The notes under the pieces were generated by a model, which saw only the letters and a list, made by a program, of their open reading frames with translations, searched no databases and was not told the origin of the DNA. This document shows positions 12,290 to 23,831 of a stretch of DNA of 64,000 nt, piece by piece. The translations under genes and the position numbers were made by a program. The stretch is taken from assembly GCF_018977255.1 (NCBI RefSeq), contig NW_024704743.1:72480001-72544000 (forward strand), read 5' to 3'. Within the stretch, counting starts at the first letter, position 1, and the number at the start of each line of letters is the position of its first letter. The stretch comes from Callorhinchus milii (Eukaryota).

Positions 12290-13560
12290 AGTATAGCTTA
12301 CCTTGTAGAATAAATGCAAATTACTGGCTAAGTGTGCCATAGTCAAAGGTCTGGAGGCAGTTGCTGGGGAGAAATTCCACCTGTATCTCCATTTACTCTT
12401 TATGTAGCATTTCAGTTGCCAGATTCCTGAATTCATTAACTTTTAAACCCATTTTCTTGAAATAAAGTACAAAAAAACTTTCAAATTTAAGAGTGTAATT
12501 AAGAAATTCCCAAATTCTGGGTGCACTAAAATGCTTTGTTAATAGAGTGGATCTAGACCCAGATGGGATTTCTACCGCTATTTACCTACTCCACTGGGAA
12601 ATCACACATGGTAAGGGAATCACAGAAAAGGGAAGGTCAGAATAGGAGGACTTTAGTTTGTTCCGAGTCTCTTGCCTACTGTTAGAACTACAAAGTACAT
12701 TTCACATAAAATACTTGTTGGAATAATATTATATAATATAAATATTATATTATGCTTGTTGAAATGTTTTTCCCTCTTTAGTATTTATTTGTTTGTGTGA
12801 CTCCATGGTGAAATTTCTTGCTCAATTCTTGTGCATATCTAGAGATAAGTGAAGCAAAGCATTTGGGAGAAATTAACCAACCAGAACTGCCCAGACATTT
12901 TTTCCTATATATTCTTTTCACAAATGCCCATCCCTGGTTTGTTTTCTCCAGTAACTTGTATCAGAGTCAGAGTCACAATGCTCCCATGAGTGGCAGGAAA
13001 CAATTCTGTTCGACAGGATTATATCTATCTTCTGCTCATGATTTCTATTCAATAGGTCAAATTTCCACTGATTTTTATTTGGTGAAAATATATAAAACTG
13101 ATTTTATTGATGTCAAGCCTTTTGCAGCTGGTCAGAATCATAAACAGACAAGTCTTTCTCGATAAGCAACAGACCGCTTTCCCAGACATTCATCAAGCCA
13201 AGCCAAGTATTTATTGATGTAATGCTACCAATTACCCTTGTCAAACTCAACATGTTTGATCTGTGCGAAAAGAACTTGGATTAGACATCTTCCATACAGC
13301 GGGATGGAGTCACTGGGTTCCATGATGTTATTATACCAGGTCACTGTACCTTAATGCCAACCAGTTGCTTTCACTCAGGGAGGATAATCATTGGCAGATA
13401 TGTCATAGATGGAGGTAGCATAAGGAATAATCCACATGTTCTTTTTATGGTCAGCTGGGTATCGGACACAAGCAAAAACCTATTGCCAAGCTTAAGGGAA
13501 TCCAAACCATAGAATCTAAAACTCTCCTTTAAAGTCCTCCACATCAGGACTTTAACCTCA
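12290..13560 (-). pseudogene. hAT transposase relic (catalytic core to LDP-like motif)
   Basis: LKESFRFYGLDSLKLGNRFLLVSD (cf. L...L..YGL...K.....VTD); WIIPYATSIYDISAND (cf. IPC.AH.LNL.V.D); INTWLGLMNVWES (cf. TRW.S...MLES); VNEFRNLA; AHLASNLHLFYK (cf. A..L.P.YK). Confidence 0.5.
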
Positions 13561-13649
13561 CAGTCCAGTCACAACAGGGAAGTGTTGGAGGGGCCATTAT
13601 TTGTGTGTAAATTTAACTGACTGCCTGTTCAAGTGAATGTTAAATATTT

Positions 13650-13900
13650 TAATAATAATCCTTGCATTTGATATAGCGTTTTAGCATGTCTTCACGACGT
13701 CACAATGCACTTCACAGAATATTAGGGTAAAGTGAATTGACTGTATATTTTGTGGGTGAATGCAGCAGCCAATTGTGCACAGCAGTGTCCCGCAAACAGT
13801 TGTGGATTGAGTGACCAATTAATTTTTTATTTTTTTAAGGAATTATTACTCCCGGAAAAGCAATCCCCCAATTGACTAACAACCAGGTTCCTACTTACTG
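13650..13900 (-). mobile_element. tRNA SINE, long form, 3' portion
   Basis: Tail and Deu-like centre plus the long-form segment cccggaaaagcaatcccc...ggttcctacttactgc. Confidence 0.85.
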
Positions 13901-14299
13901 CAAGAAGAAGAGAATTCCTCTCAGTGTCCCGGGCAACAATCCTCAAAATAAATTGATTGTGCATGTCAAATCTGTTTGTGGCTGTGCGCAAATTAGCTAA
14001 CTGTCAGCCTACAAATACAATCACTACAGTTCACAACAATTATCTATGTAACATTTTGATATTATAGATGTTATATTAAATCCACCCCTCCACCCCTTTT
14101 AACTTCAGCCCCCAGCTCGGGTGCAAACCCTTCAACGCCTTGGGTTGTCCTCCCGATGTGAAAGGCTCTAAATTAAATGCAATTTGTTGTTGTCGTTCCA
14201 TTCCAAACTGTCCTGTAAACCTTCCATCCAGGCTCAGCACAGTCACGATGGTCAAATGGCCTTGTTCTGTGCTGTAAATTTCTATGGTTCTGTGGCTTT

Positions 14300-15425
14300 C
14301 TCGCACCTCTGCAACAATAACTCACCTCCAGCATCACCTCCTCCACCCGCCCCCTAACTCTGGAATTCCGAGACTCTCATCCATCCCAGCAAATTGAATT
14401 AAATTAAAATCACTTTCAAAACCTCCCATCTAAAGCCTCCCTTTCCTATCCAAGGTCCTTGAGAGAGCTGTTGCCTCCCAGCATCGATCTTTCCTCTCCT
14501 CCCACTCCCTCCACGAACCCCTCCTGATCTGATCAAGGTCACAAATGACATCCTGACCATGTGCGACCAGGGCTCCCTCTGCCTCCTCGTCCTCCTCGAC
14601 CTCTCTGCTGCCTTTGATACCGTGGACCATTCAATCCTCCACTACCGCCTTTCCTCCAACCTCAACCTTCAAGGTTCTGTCCTTGACTGGTTCAGGTCCT
14701 ACCTTTCACACCGCCTCCACTTCGTCACAGCAAACAGCTTCTCTTCCAGCCCCCGCACCGTCTCGTGCGGCATTCCTCAGAGCTGTGTCCTCGGTCCATT
14801 CCTCTTCACCCTCTACATAGGGCATTCCTCAGAGCTGTGTCCTCGGTCCATTCCTCTTCACCCTCTTGGTGACATCATCTGCAGACATGGGGTAAATTTC
14901 CACATGTAAGCGGATGACACTCAACTCTACCTCTCTGCCTGTCTGACATCAAGTCCTGAACAAGGAACAACTTTCTCCAACTCAACGTCAGCAAGACCGA
15001 GGCCCTCCTGATTGGCTCACGCCAGCGCCTCTGCACCTCAGGCACTGGCAGCATCAGCCTCCACGGCTGCACACTCAACCTCACTAAGCCAGTCAGGAAC
15101 CTGGGTGCCTTGTTTGACCCTGAACTGTCCTTTCTCCCCCATATCCGCGCCATGACCATCACTGCCCACCACCACCTCCGCAACATTGCCAGATTCCGCC
15201 ACTGCCTCACCCCTCAGGCTGCCAAACCTCTCTCCCCCGCATTCGTCACATCAAAGCTCGATTATGGAAACTCCCTCCTCATCGGCCTTCCCAACTCTTC
15301 ACTTCACAAGCTGCAGATCATCCAAAACTCGCATACCAGGCTCCGTAACCCCATCACTCCCACCCTCACCTGACTCCACTGTCTCCCCATTCCCCAGAGG
15401 ATCGAGTTCAAAATCCTTGTCCTCA
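14300..15425 (+). mobile_element. L2 LINE ORF2 RT fragment with an internal 46-bp duplication and deletions
   Basis: LVLLDLSAAFDTVDH, LDWFRSYLS, GIPQ..VLGP, (Y->stop)ADDTQLY, SKLDYGNSLL; ggcattcctcagagctgtgtcctcggtccattcctcttcaccctct occurs twice. Confidence 0.93.
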
Positions 15426-15451
15426 CTTAATTTGGGCCAACTCTCCACATT

Positions 15452-15768
15452 AGAGTCCTGTAGCTCAGTGGTTAGAGCACTCGTCTCCCAAGTGAGAGAC
15501 CTGGGTTCAATTCTTTGCAGTGCGAAACCCTGGGAAAGTTTCCTTAATCTGCACTACTGATAATAACCCCTCAAGAAAAAAAAGATAATAAATTGGTCAC
15601 TTCAATCCACCACTGTTTGTGGGACACTGCTGTGGGTAATTGGCTGCCACATTTCACCCACAAAATTACAGTCACTTTACAGTATATTCTGTGAAGCGCT
15701 TTGAGACGTCTAGAAGATGTAAAAAGCACTATATCAAATGCAAGGTTTATTATTACTTTTTATTATTA
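15452..15768 (+). mobile_element. tRNA SINE, short body with older tail
   Basis: A and B boxes; tail gagacgtctagaagatgt. Confidence 0.9.
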
Positions 15769-16479
15769 TATTCTCAGGTTCTTCCCTACCCACCTGCAAC
15801 CCATGCTCAGGCTCCCAGTCAACTGTTTGAAGCACTTTGAGATGTTCTTCCAATGTAAAAGGCACAAAATAAATGCAAATTGCTGTTACTGTGAGTCATA
15901 TTTATGCAGTAAGTTGTAGGTGGTCACAGAGGAAACCTAATTGGAAATTTATGTTTAATAGATCCGTTGTCCTCATCTGGATTGTATTTGCACTGTTTGA
16001 GAAAAATGTGCAATGTTCGATAATAGAAAGGAAAAAAAATAAATCACATTGAAAAAATAAAACAGTGTGACACTTTGCTGAACCACCTCAATTTTACTTA
16101 TAAACCTGTCAGATACCCCTCCAGCACTTCTTAATCTATACATAAAGTGCTCAAAATGAGTACCATCTTGGAGCAAACAGATTCAAAGAGGACAGATGAA
16201 GGCCGTTCCCTGGATTTTCAATTTAACAAAATTGCCTCTTGGCAAAAGAAGGAAGATTTTAAAGGCACAGATGTGAGCCACTGAGAGCAGGGGCTTAGTC
16301 TATCTTATGTAGGAGAATATGGACTGAATAAAAATGGGGATTTGGCAGTTTCTTTTTTTTAAAAAGTGGAATGATATTGGAAAAAATCTTATATAAGACA
16401 TAAAATGTGGGTGATACCCAAAGTAGTAATTTTGCAGCAGACTACTCACTAGTGTCAAGATATAAATGTTACTACTAAT

Positions 16480-16635
16480 AATAATAATTATTATCATTTC
16501 TTAAGGGATTATTATCAGACATGTGGAGTAAGAAAACTTGCCCAAGGTTTTGCCTAAGGTTTTGCCCTGCTGAGAATCAAACCCATGTCTCTCGCTTGCG
16601 AGGTGAGTGCCCTAACCACTGAGCTACAGGACTCC
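16480..16635 (-). mobile_element. tRNA SINE 5' head fragment
   Basis: Reverse complement of ggagtcctgtagctcagtggttagg...ttgggcaagttt. Confidence 0.85.
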
Positions 16636-16699
16636 AAGTTAAACCTCTTTTGGATGAAATACTTTACTTTTTTTTAAAGATGCCTCCAAATTACATGTA

Positions 16700-17100
16700 T
16701 AATGGTAATACTGTAAAAGACTGTTTTGAAAGTTAAACCTGCATTTAACGATTGCTTGCATTTTATTGTGCGAATGTGCATTTTGCTGATAGAAGGTAAT
16801 AGGACACATTTAACAGTAAGTCTCTGATCTATGCATTAAACCCTATGAGGATAAGTTCTAGAGCAAATGGTTAAAGAGTAAAAGGCTTCTTAGGTTCCTT
16901 TTTGCATCAGTTCAGTATTGTACAAATATTCTGTGGGCAATACTCACTGCTGATAATTGTTGTTGTTGTTGCTGTTGTTGTTGTTAACCTGAACTTCACA
17001 ATAGCACCAACAAGACACTAACTTCCCACAGCAGCTATTTTCAAAGACAAGACACAAAGTTGGCAACATTTTGCTGTCAATCACAAAAGTAATTGTATAA
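16700..17100 (-). pseudogene. Possible N-terminal part of a hAT relic
   Basis: FVIDSKMLPTLCLVFEN (cf. FI..D..P.S.VE); YLPTEYLYNTE...FYSLTICS (cf. IP.LY...K....SLT.D.W). Confidence 0.35.
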
Positions 17101-17139
17101 TAATCCTTGCATTTGATATCGCGCCTAATCACGTTGTTG

Positions 17140-17410
17140 TTTGGATAAGATGTTAAACCGAGGTCCCATCTGCCTGTTCAGTTTGATGTAACAGATTCCA
17201 TGGCACTATTTGAAAAGATAAAGGAGTTTCTCCCAGTGTCCTGGTCAACAATCCCCCAAATAAAATTGGTCTCTTACTCCATGGCTATTTGTGGGACATT
17301 CCTGTGTGCAACTGGCTGTATGTTTCACCTGAAAAATACACAGTCAATCCTCCTGTGAAGCACTTTGAGACGTTTCAACAATGTGATAAGGTGCTATATC
17401 AAATGCAAGG
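17140..17410 (+). mobile_element. Older Deu-domain SINE (SacSINE1-like) fragment
   Basis: gatgttaaaccgaggtccc...ccatggcactatttgaa...tttgtgggac...tail. Confidence 0.8.
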
Positions 17411-17899
17411 GGGGTACAGACTCAAGACAGGAATGGTGATAAATCCATTTCCAACCAAACAATGTCAAACATGTTGAAAGAAAAACTGACATTGTTCTTT
17501 AGGTCACAGCGTTTGGTTTAATGTTTCCAGTACATTAATGTTTAATGTTTCCAGTACAACACCCAACAAAGCCACAAACAGAAGCTGAGGAGAAGCTGTT
17601 TTCCGAATGGTAATTTTCTTAAGTATGTCCGTTTCAGTTATTTTCCGAGTGGTCATTTCACTTCATTCATTTGACTTCTCAAGGTCTTTTTGGACTTGTA
17701 TCATTGTTTGTCTTTCTGGCACACTAGTTAAAAGAAGTTGAAAGCTTTAGAGCTTCTTTATCACTTGGCACCTGAGTTTCTAAACTCCTACAGAGTCAGT
17801 GTCAAAGGACGCACTGCTCTAATGGGATGCACCACTGCAGCTATTCTAGCACATTCTGAACACAGCAGAGATCGTGGAATGTGCATCTGACATCTCAGC

Positions 17900-18270
17900 C
17901 TCAAAGACACATAAATTCTACACTTAAAAGAACTTAAAGGATTTCTATATTTACAGGCTCTACATTGTGAATTCTTTCCAAACCAACACGAGTAGGATGA
18001 GCCTCGAGAACGTTAATGTCCACTTAAACATCTTTAAAGTAATGTTTCTCTTAATCCAGAAATCACTGAATGAAGTCACACTGGATCATAAATAACTTGT
18101 CAATGAAGTTGAATCAAGGATTTAATCGAGTTTCCACATATTTATTCAGTTTTTCAAACTTGCTTTGCTGTTAAATTTACGATAAATCTTCCATTCCATT
18201 TCCCTTTTTTTTTGTCGTATCCCATAATATCTTTAGTGAAAAAGTCAATGGAGTCTGATTATAATAGAGT
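17900..18270 (-). pseudogene. hAT C-terminal dimerisation domain relic
   Basis: Across frameshifts: LTSYL..DFWIK, INVLEAHPTRVGLERIHN (cf. VL.IPATS...ER.FS), KYRNPLS (cf. .RNRLS). Confidence 0.5.
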
Positions 18271-18549
18271 GCTTGTGATCCCTAAATTCTGAACCTCTAA
18301 TATAACAAGGCTCAATGGCATGTGTGCAGTTGGCTGCTATCTGATGACCCGGAAGTTTGCGTTTTTTGCATGGGAAGGTAAAATGGCTAACCTCCAGGTC
18401 ACAAAATCACAAAATTGGTTTGAATAGTAAGACCCTTCAGTCTGATCTCATCCTTCCAGACACCCACCCTACCATTCCCTGCATCACAGCATCAAGCTGT
18501 TTTTTAAGTAAGTCTAGTATCCTGGCCGCAACCACCTTTCCTGACAAGT

Positions 18550-18927
18550 TATAATAATAATCCAATAATATTCCTTGCATTTCATATAGCGTATTATCAC
18601 ATCTTCGAGATGGCTCAAAGGGCTTCACAGAATATACTATAACGTGTAGTGACTGTATATTTTGTGGGTGAAATGTGGCAGCCAATTGCACACAGCAGTG
18701 TCCCACAAACAGTCGTAGATTGAGTGATTGAGCATTATTATTTGTTTTTGAAGGATTATTATCCCTAGAAAAGCGATGCACCAATCGACTAACAACCGTG
18801 TTCCTATTTACTGCTAGGTAAACAGAGGCATGTGGAGTAAGGAAACTTAGATTTTGCCTGCCCGGGAATTGAACCCAGGTCTCTTGCTTGTAAGGCAAGT
18901 TCTCTAACCACTACAGTACAGGACTCC
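18550..18927 (-). mobile_element. tRNA SINE, long form
   Basis: Head, long internal segment, Deu-like centre and tail. Confidence 0.88.
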
Positions 18928-19149
18928 ATTTGTTCCAGCTGTTGATTAGTCTCTGAGTAAAGAAGTCATCAGATCTCCACCAAGTTCCTGTGCACTATGG
19001 CTGTACACCGTAATGACAGCAGTGGTGGCCTAATGACCTGGAAGTTGGCCACTTCAGTGCGAAAGCTGTTTGGTGAAGGAGACAAAGGGTTAAGTCTGGG
19101 CCAATGCTAGTTGATAGTTTAACACAATCTTCAGCAATAAATGGGTTTG

Positions 19150-19790
19150 TATAGCAAGATCACCAGATTGGTCCCTTCTGTCTTTTCCTTCATTCACAGC
19201 ATCAAGCTTTTCGTTAAATGGGTTCACTCTTTCAGCCTCCCTGGAACAGTTGTTAATTACCCCCTGGGTAGAGAAAGACTTCTTAGCGTCTGTCCTGAAA
19301 TTTCTCATTTCAACTCTATAACTATGCCCTCTGGTTCTATTATCTTTTACATCCTGAAGTATTGTTCTAGGCTTACCTGTTCAATTCCAGTTAGATTGTT
19401 ATATATCTCTAGAATATCCCTTTTGAGATGTCTCCTTTCAAGACTCAAGAGCTCAGGTTGTCGAATCATTGCTGTTAGCTCACTCCTCTTAACACTGGTG
19501 ATCATGATTGTTGTTTTCTTCTGCACCATTTCTAGGGCTTTGGCTGGAGCCAGTCCTCTTATGTCACAGCGAACAGAACTGTGAGCAGTACTCTAGGTGT
19601 GGCCTGACCAGATCACTGTCTAGATTGATGACATGAATTGACTGAGTATGACATCTCAGGAGCTAAACTCAACTGATTTAGCACTATAGCCCAGCATCCT
19701 GTTTGCTTTGTTATTGCTGTCTTACACTGTTTTGACATGGTGAGCATTGAGTCACCAACACCCCTATTTCTCTTTCAACTCCCCTTTGGC
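19150..19790 (-). mobile_element. Old CR1 ORF2 3' fragment
   Basis: LLSLERRHLKRDILEIY; cagtactctaggtgtggcctgacc (VRPHLEYC). Confidence 0.85.
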
Positions 19791-20099
19791 ATGTTTATTA
19801 GACATGATATATTGGTTCACCAAGTGATTACAGCTCTTCATATATAGCTTATAATTGCAAACGAATATAACATCATATGCAGTAAAGGACACAAACAGAG
19901 AGGCTAAAACAACTCCAAAGGTTTAATGCTTTACTGAACCAGAGTTATTTATTCTGGTAAAACATTTCATTAAATTCTAAGCAACTTCTTTTTGCATGAA
20001 GCTGCTGCTAACAACCACAGAAAAGCAAATACATGCATGGACTAGATTTTTTTCTTGCAGCTAAGTGTTGGGGCTTTGATGATATGAGATTCTAATGGA

Positions 20100-20720
20100 T
20101 ATAATCCTACCCTGTGGAACCACAATATGGCATGTCTTCAGGGCGTACAGATGTGTTTGACTTGCCCATGGATTCAAAAATCCTCCCTTGTTGGTCACTG
20201 TCCTCCTCTGAAATACTGATAGCCTTAGGGATGCATTCAGTGGAACTGGATGAATCATCTGCACAGATATTGTTCCATTTGATACTTTCCTCACTTTGGA
20301 CTACACATACACTGAAAATACAGAAAGACTGCCAGATGAGCCAGTGAGTGTAATGTATGCAGTTCAAATGCATCTGCAGAATATGAATGTCACTCTTCAA
20401 AATGTATAACTTTATGAAGTACTTTGTCCCTGGTGGAGTAGTTGGAAGTACTATTGCTCACTCAGCCCTCAAAATGTGTCAGTGTCTCACAGCTTCCACG
20501 TTGTCCTTTGGTTCTTTGCGTCTCTCTTTCCATTTTTTTTATTGCCAATTGTTTGAAGTCATTGATATATTTTCCAAGTTTCCTGCAGCATCTGTGGAGT
20601 TTTGGATATCATACTGAATTTAAATACTGGATACATGTTCACCTTTCTGCGGATGGCAGCATTTATTTTGTGCCAAAGAAAGTATCTTTAAAACCCAGAA
20701 AATGTTTGGCGAATATCTAG
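20100..20720 (-). pseudogene. hAT relic: helical region, LDP-like motif and acidic linker
   Basis: INDFKQLAIKKM and SLAHLAVFLY parallel VNEFRNLATEM and TMAHLASNLH at 12.3-12.45 kb; followed by an acidic Ser-rich stretch. Confidence 0.4.
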
Positions 20721-20749
20721 TAGATTAAGGTACTAAAAGCAGAGTTTAA

Positions 20750-21105
20750 TATAATAATAATAATCCTTGCATTTGATATGGTGCATTATCAGGTCATTGA
20801 GATGTCTCAAAGTACTTCACAGTATATACTGTAAAATGAATTGACCGTATATTTTGGGGGTGAAATGTGGTAGTCAATTGCACACAGCAGTGTCCCACAA
20901 ACAGTCATGAATTGAGTGATAAAACTTGTTCAGGGTGAAGGATTATTACCCCCGGAAAGTGATTTGCCAATCGACTAACAGCCAGGTTCCTATTTACTGC
21001 TGGGTAAACAGAGGTCTGTGGAGTAAGGAAACTTGCCTAAGGTTTCGCCCTGCCGTAAGTCAAACCTGGGTCCTCTCTCTAATGAGGCAAGAGCTCTATT
21101 CCAAT
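20750..21105 (-). mobile_element. tRNA SINE, long form
   Basis: Same organisation as 18550-18927. Confidence 0.88.
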
Positions 21106-21118
21106 ACACTCCAGATTT

Positions 21119-21180
21119 TGCACTGCATAAATATCACACAGGCCAGACCGATTTTGCCTGTGTGATATTTATGCAGTACA
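21119..21180. repeat. Inverted repeat/hairpin: 25-bp arms (22 bp perfect), 12-nt loop
   Basis: tgcactgcataaatatcacacaggc-cagaccgatttt-gcctgtgtgatatttatgcagtaca. Confidence 0.95.
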
Positions 21181-22019
21181 GTTTCCACTGGATAGCTGTC
21201 TAGGATAGCTTACTATCTGCAAGTTGGGATATGAACCATCATAAATCACTAAAATTGGGTCAGCTAATAATTCAATCTATTGAAAAATAAAATAAAAGTG
21301 TACTCTACATATTTTCCATGCTGCAAAGACAGATCGTTGATCAACATACTTTTCACATGTAAACATTGGGCATTAAGCTAAACAGCCAGGAAGATTAATA
21401 CACAAAATGCTTTGATCATATTCCATTTTAACTTTAAACAGTGATCTGGATATACGCTATGAAGTGCATGATTCAGTAATGAAGATTTAGGGGGGAAAAT
21501 GTTCTGTGGAGCAATATCTCTGTTTATATTCATCTGCTCAAAAATATGCAGGACACTAATTCCATTAATACACTTAAGAAGGATTATGCTGTATTCTACC
21601 CAATACATGTTTACTCTGCATTAGAAGCATTACTTGCTTGCTGAGTAGAGGAAAGATAAAGTAATGAAAAATTAATGTTTTTAATGTAAATTTTTATTAG
21701 TTTTTGAGGTGAATAATTATCAGGTTACCATACACAAACCACAATTTTGGATAAGGAACGTTCATTTTGTTTTATTTATCACCTCTGGTATGCAAAAGAT
21801 TTTAACTTTAAAGCTGGATCCAATGTGAATAACAGATAAGCTGTGGAGGTAATATCAAATTTCTAAAAGTGTTTTACATGTGGTAAAATGAGATTCTGAT
21901 AAAAAATCCCTTCTGATTTATAATAATCCTTGCATTTAATATAGTACCTATTGTATTAAAAACTCTCAAAGAAATTCACAGAGCTTTTTTTCAAGCGTAT
22001 TGACTGTATCTAACCCTAA

Positions 22020-22640
22020 CCTCAAGGCTGGATTATGGGAACTCTCTCCTCGCCGGCCTTCCCGCCACCTCCCTCCACAAGCTGTAGGTCATTCAGAACT
22101 CTGCAGCTCGTGTACTGTCCCGCACCAGGCTTCGGGACCACATCACTCCCACCCTCGCTCGCCTCCACTGGCTCCCCATCCCCCAGAGGATCGAATTCAA
22201 GATCCTCATCCTCACCTACAAGGTCATTCACGGCCTTGCTCCCTCCTACCTCTCCGACCTACTATCCCCCTACCTACCTGCCCGTACCGTCCGTTCCTCT
22301 GGCTCCGGTCTGCTCCACATCCCCCGCCCCAACCGCCCTACCATCGGTGGCCGGGCCTTCAGCCTCTCAGCCCCGAGGCTCTGGAACTCTATCCCCCAGT
22401 GCCTTCGCCTCGCTTCCTCCCTTTCCTCCTTCAAGGCTGGTCTCAAGACCTTTCTCTTTGACGGTGCCTTCACCTCCCCTCTCGACTCTCTACCCCCTCC
22501 TCGCTCCCTCCCTTCCCTTCGCTCCCCTCACCCTGACCATTTCCCCCCTGCTCGGGTCCTGACCCAACTGTACAGCGCCTTGGGACGTCCTCCCGACGTG
22601 AAAGGCGCTCAATAAATGGAATCTTGTTGTTGTTGTTGTA
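22020..22640 (+). mobile_element. L2 LINE 3' fragment
   Basis: RLDYGNSLL, LHWLPI..RI.FKIL, LWNSIP and L2 tail (ttg)n. Confidence 0.93.
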
Positions 22641-22819
22641 TCTGTTGGTGGATGCAGTAGCCAATTTGCTCACAGCAACGTACCACAAAAAGCAACAAAG
22701 TTAATGACCAAATTGATCAGGATTGTTGTCCAGGACAGTGGGAGAAATTCTATTCTCTTTTAATGACTGTAATGACATGGGATATTTCACATAATAATCC
22801 TTGCATTTGGCATAGCTCA

Positions 22820-23225
22820 TTTAAACAACAACAAAAAAATTGCATTTATATATGCTACTTTCACTTCAGAAAGACATTCTAAGGCACTTGCCAGTTAAGG
22901 GTTTGCAGCCGAACTGGGGGTTAGAATCAGAGGGATGGAAGGTTTTGAAGGTGAGGATGAGAATTTTAAACTTGATGCTCTGAGGGATGGGGAATCAGTG
23001 AAGCATCAGGCGAGGATCAGTTCACAAAGCTTAGTATGGGAGAGGTACTGGAATTTTGAATAATCTGCAGCTTGTGGAGGCAAGAGTTGGGAAGTCCGGT
23101 GAGCAGGTAGTTAACAGAATTGAGTGATGAACTGGATGTGATGAAAGCATGAATGAGGGTCTTGGCAGCCTGAGGAGAGAGGCAGTGGCGGAGACGGGCA
23201 ATGTTGCAGAAAAGGGAAGGCCGAG
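22820..23225 (-). mobile_element. Degenerate L2 fragments
   Basis: (aac)n tail and homology to the L2 ORF2 C-terminus. Confidence 0.7.
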
Positions 23226-23289
23226 TGGATGGATATCTACAACGTTTGTGAAGCTAGACTCACACTACCCGGAAGACATGTCTCTATGA

Positions 23290-23430
23290 TTTGAGTTCTG
23301 ACAAAAGATCATCGACCTGAAACATTAACTTACTTTCCTCTCTCCATAGATGATGCCTGACCTGCTGAGTCTTCCCAGCAACTTCTGTTTTTATTTCAGA
23401 TTTCCAGCATCTGGTGTATTTTGCCTTTTG
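23290..23430 (+). mobile_element. Penelope-like element end with a decayed minimal hammerhead motif
   Basis: gagtt-ctgacaa-aagatc-atc-gacct-gaaa-catt-aactt followed by ctccatagatgatgcctgacctgctgagt; homologous to 44872-44971. Confidence 0.7.
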
Positions 23431-23831
23431 TCTCTATGATTGTTTGGATTGCTGCAGATCTGATTAGTTTGCTAACAGGGTCTCCTTGCAGCTGTGATGA
23501 TGTGTTTGCAAAGTTCAAATCGAGTGAATCCCTCTGGCAGTCTGGTAATCCGGTTCCTGAGCCAGGCTGAATGGCATTCCATTCTAGACATGGGGAAATT
23601 TTATATGTGGCATACATATGCGGTTTGGATACTCTTAAGCATGGTGATGAGTTTTCACATATGCCAGACACCTGACTGACCAAAGACAAAAACAAGTTTA
23701 AGTAGTGTTTCAGGACATGACATCACCCACAACATATACAATCAATTCACGTTACTGTATATTCTGTGAATATACGCTTTGAGGCGTCTAGAAGACATAA
23801 TAAGGCGCTTTATCAAATGCAAGGATTTTTA

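Noticed and set aside
20112..20311. Exon-like minus-strand segment (tttcag acceptor, ACAG|gtagga donor, open frame)
   Set aside because: It lies within decayed hAT-like sequence and reads as its acidic linker; no partner exons found, although exonisation is not excluded
22035..22562. 175-aa Pro/Ser-rich ORF and similar ORFs at 29688, 39831 and 53402
   Set aside because: Alternative or antisense frames of C-rich L2 3' regions
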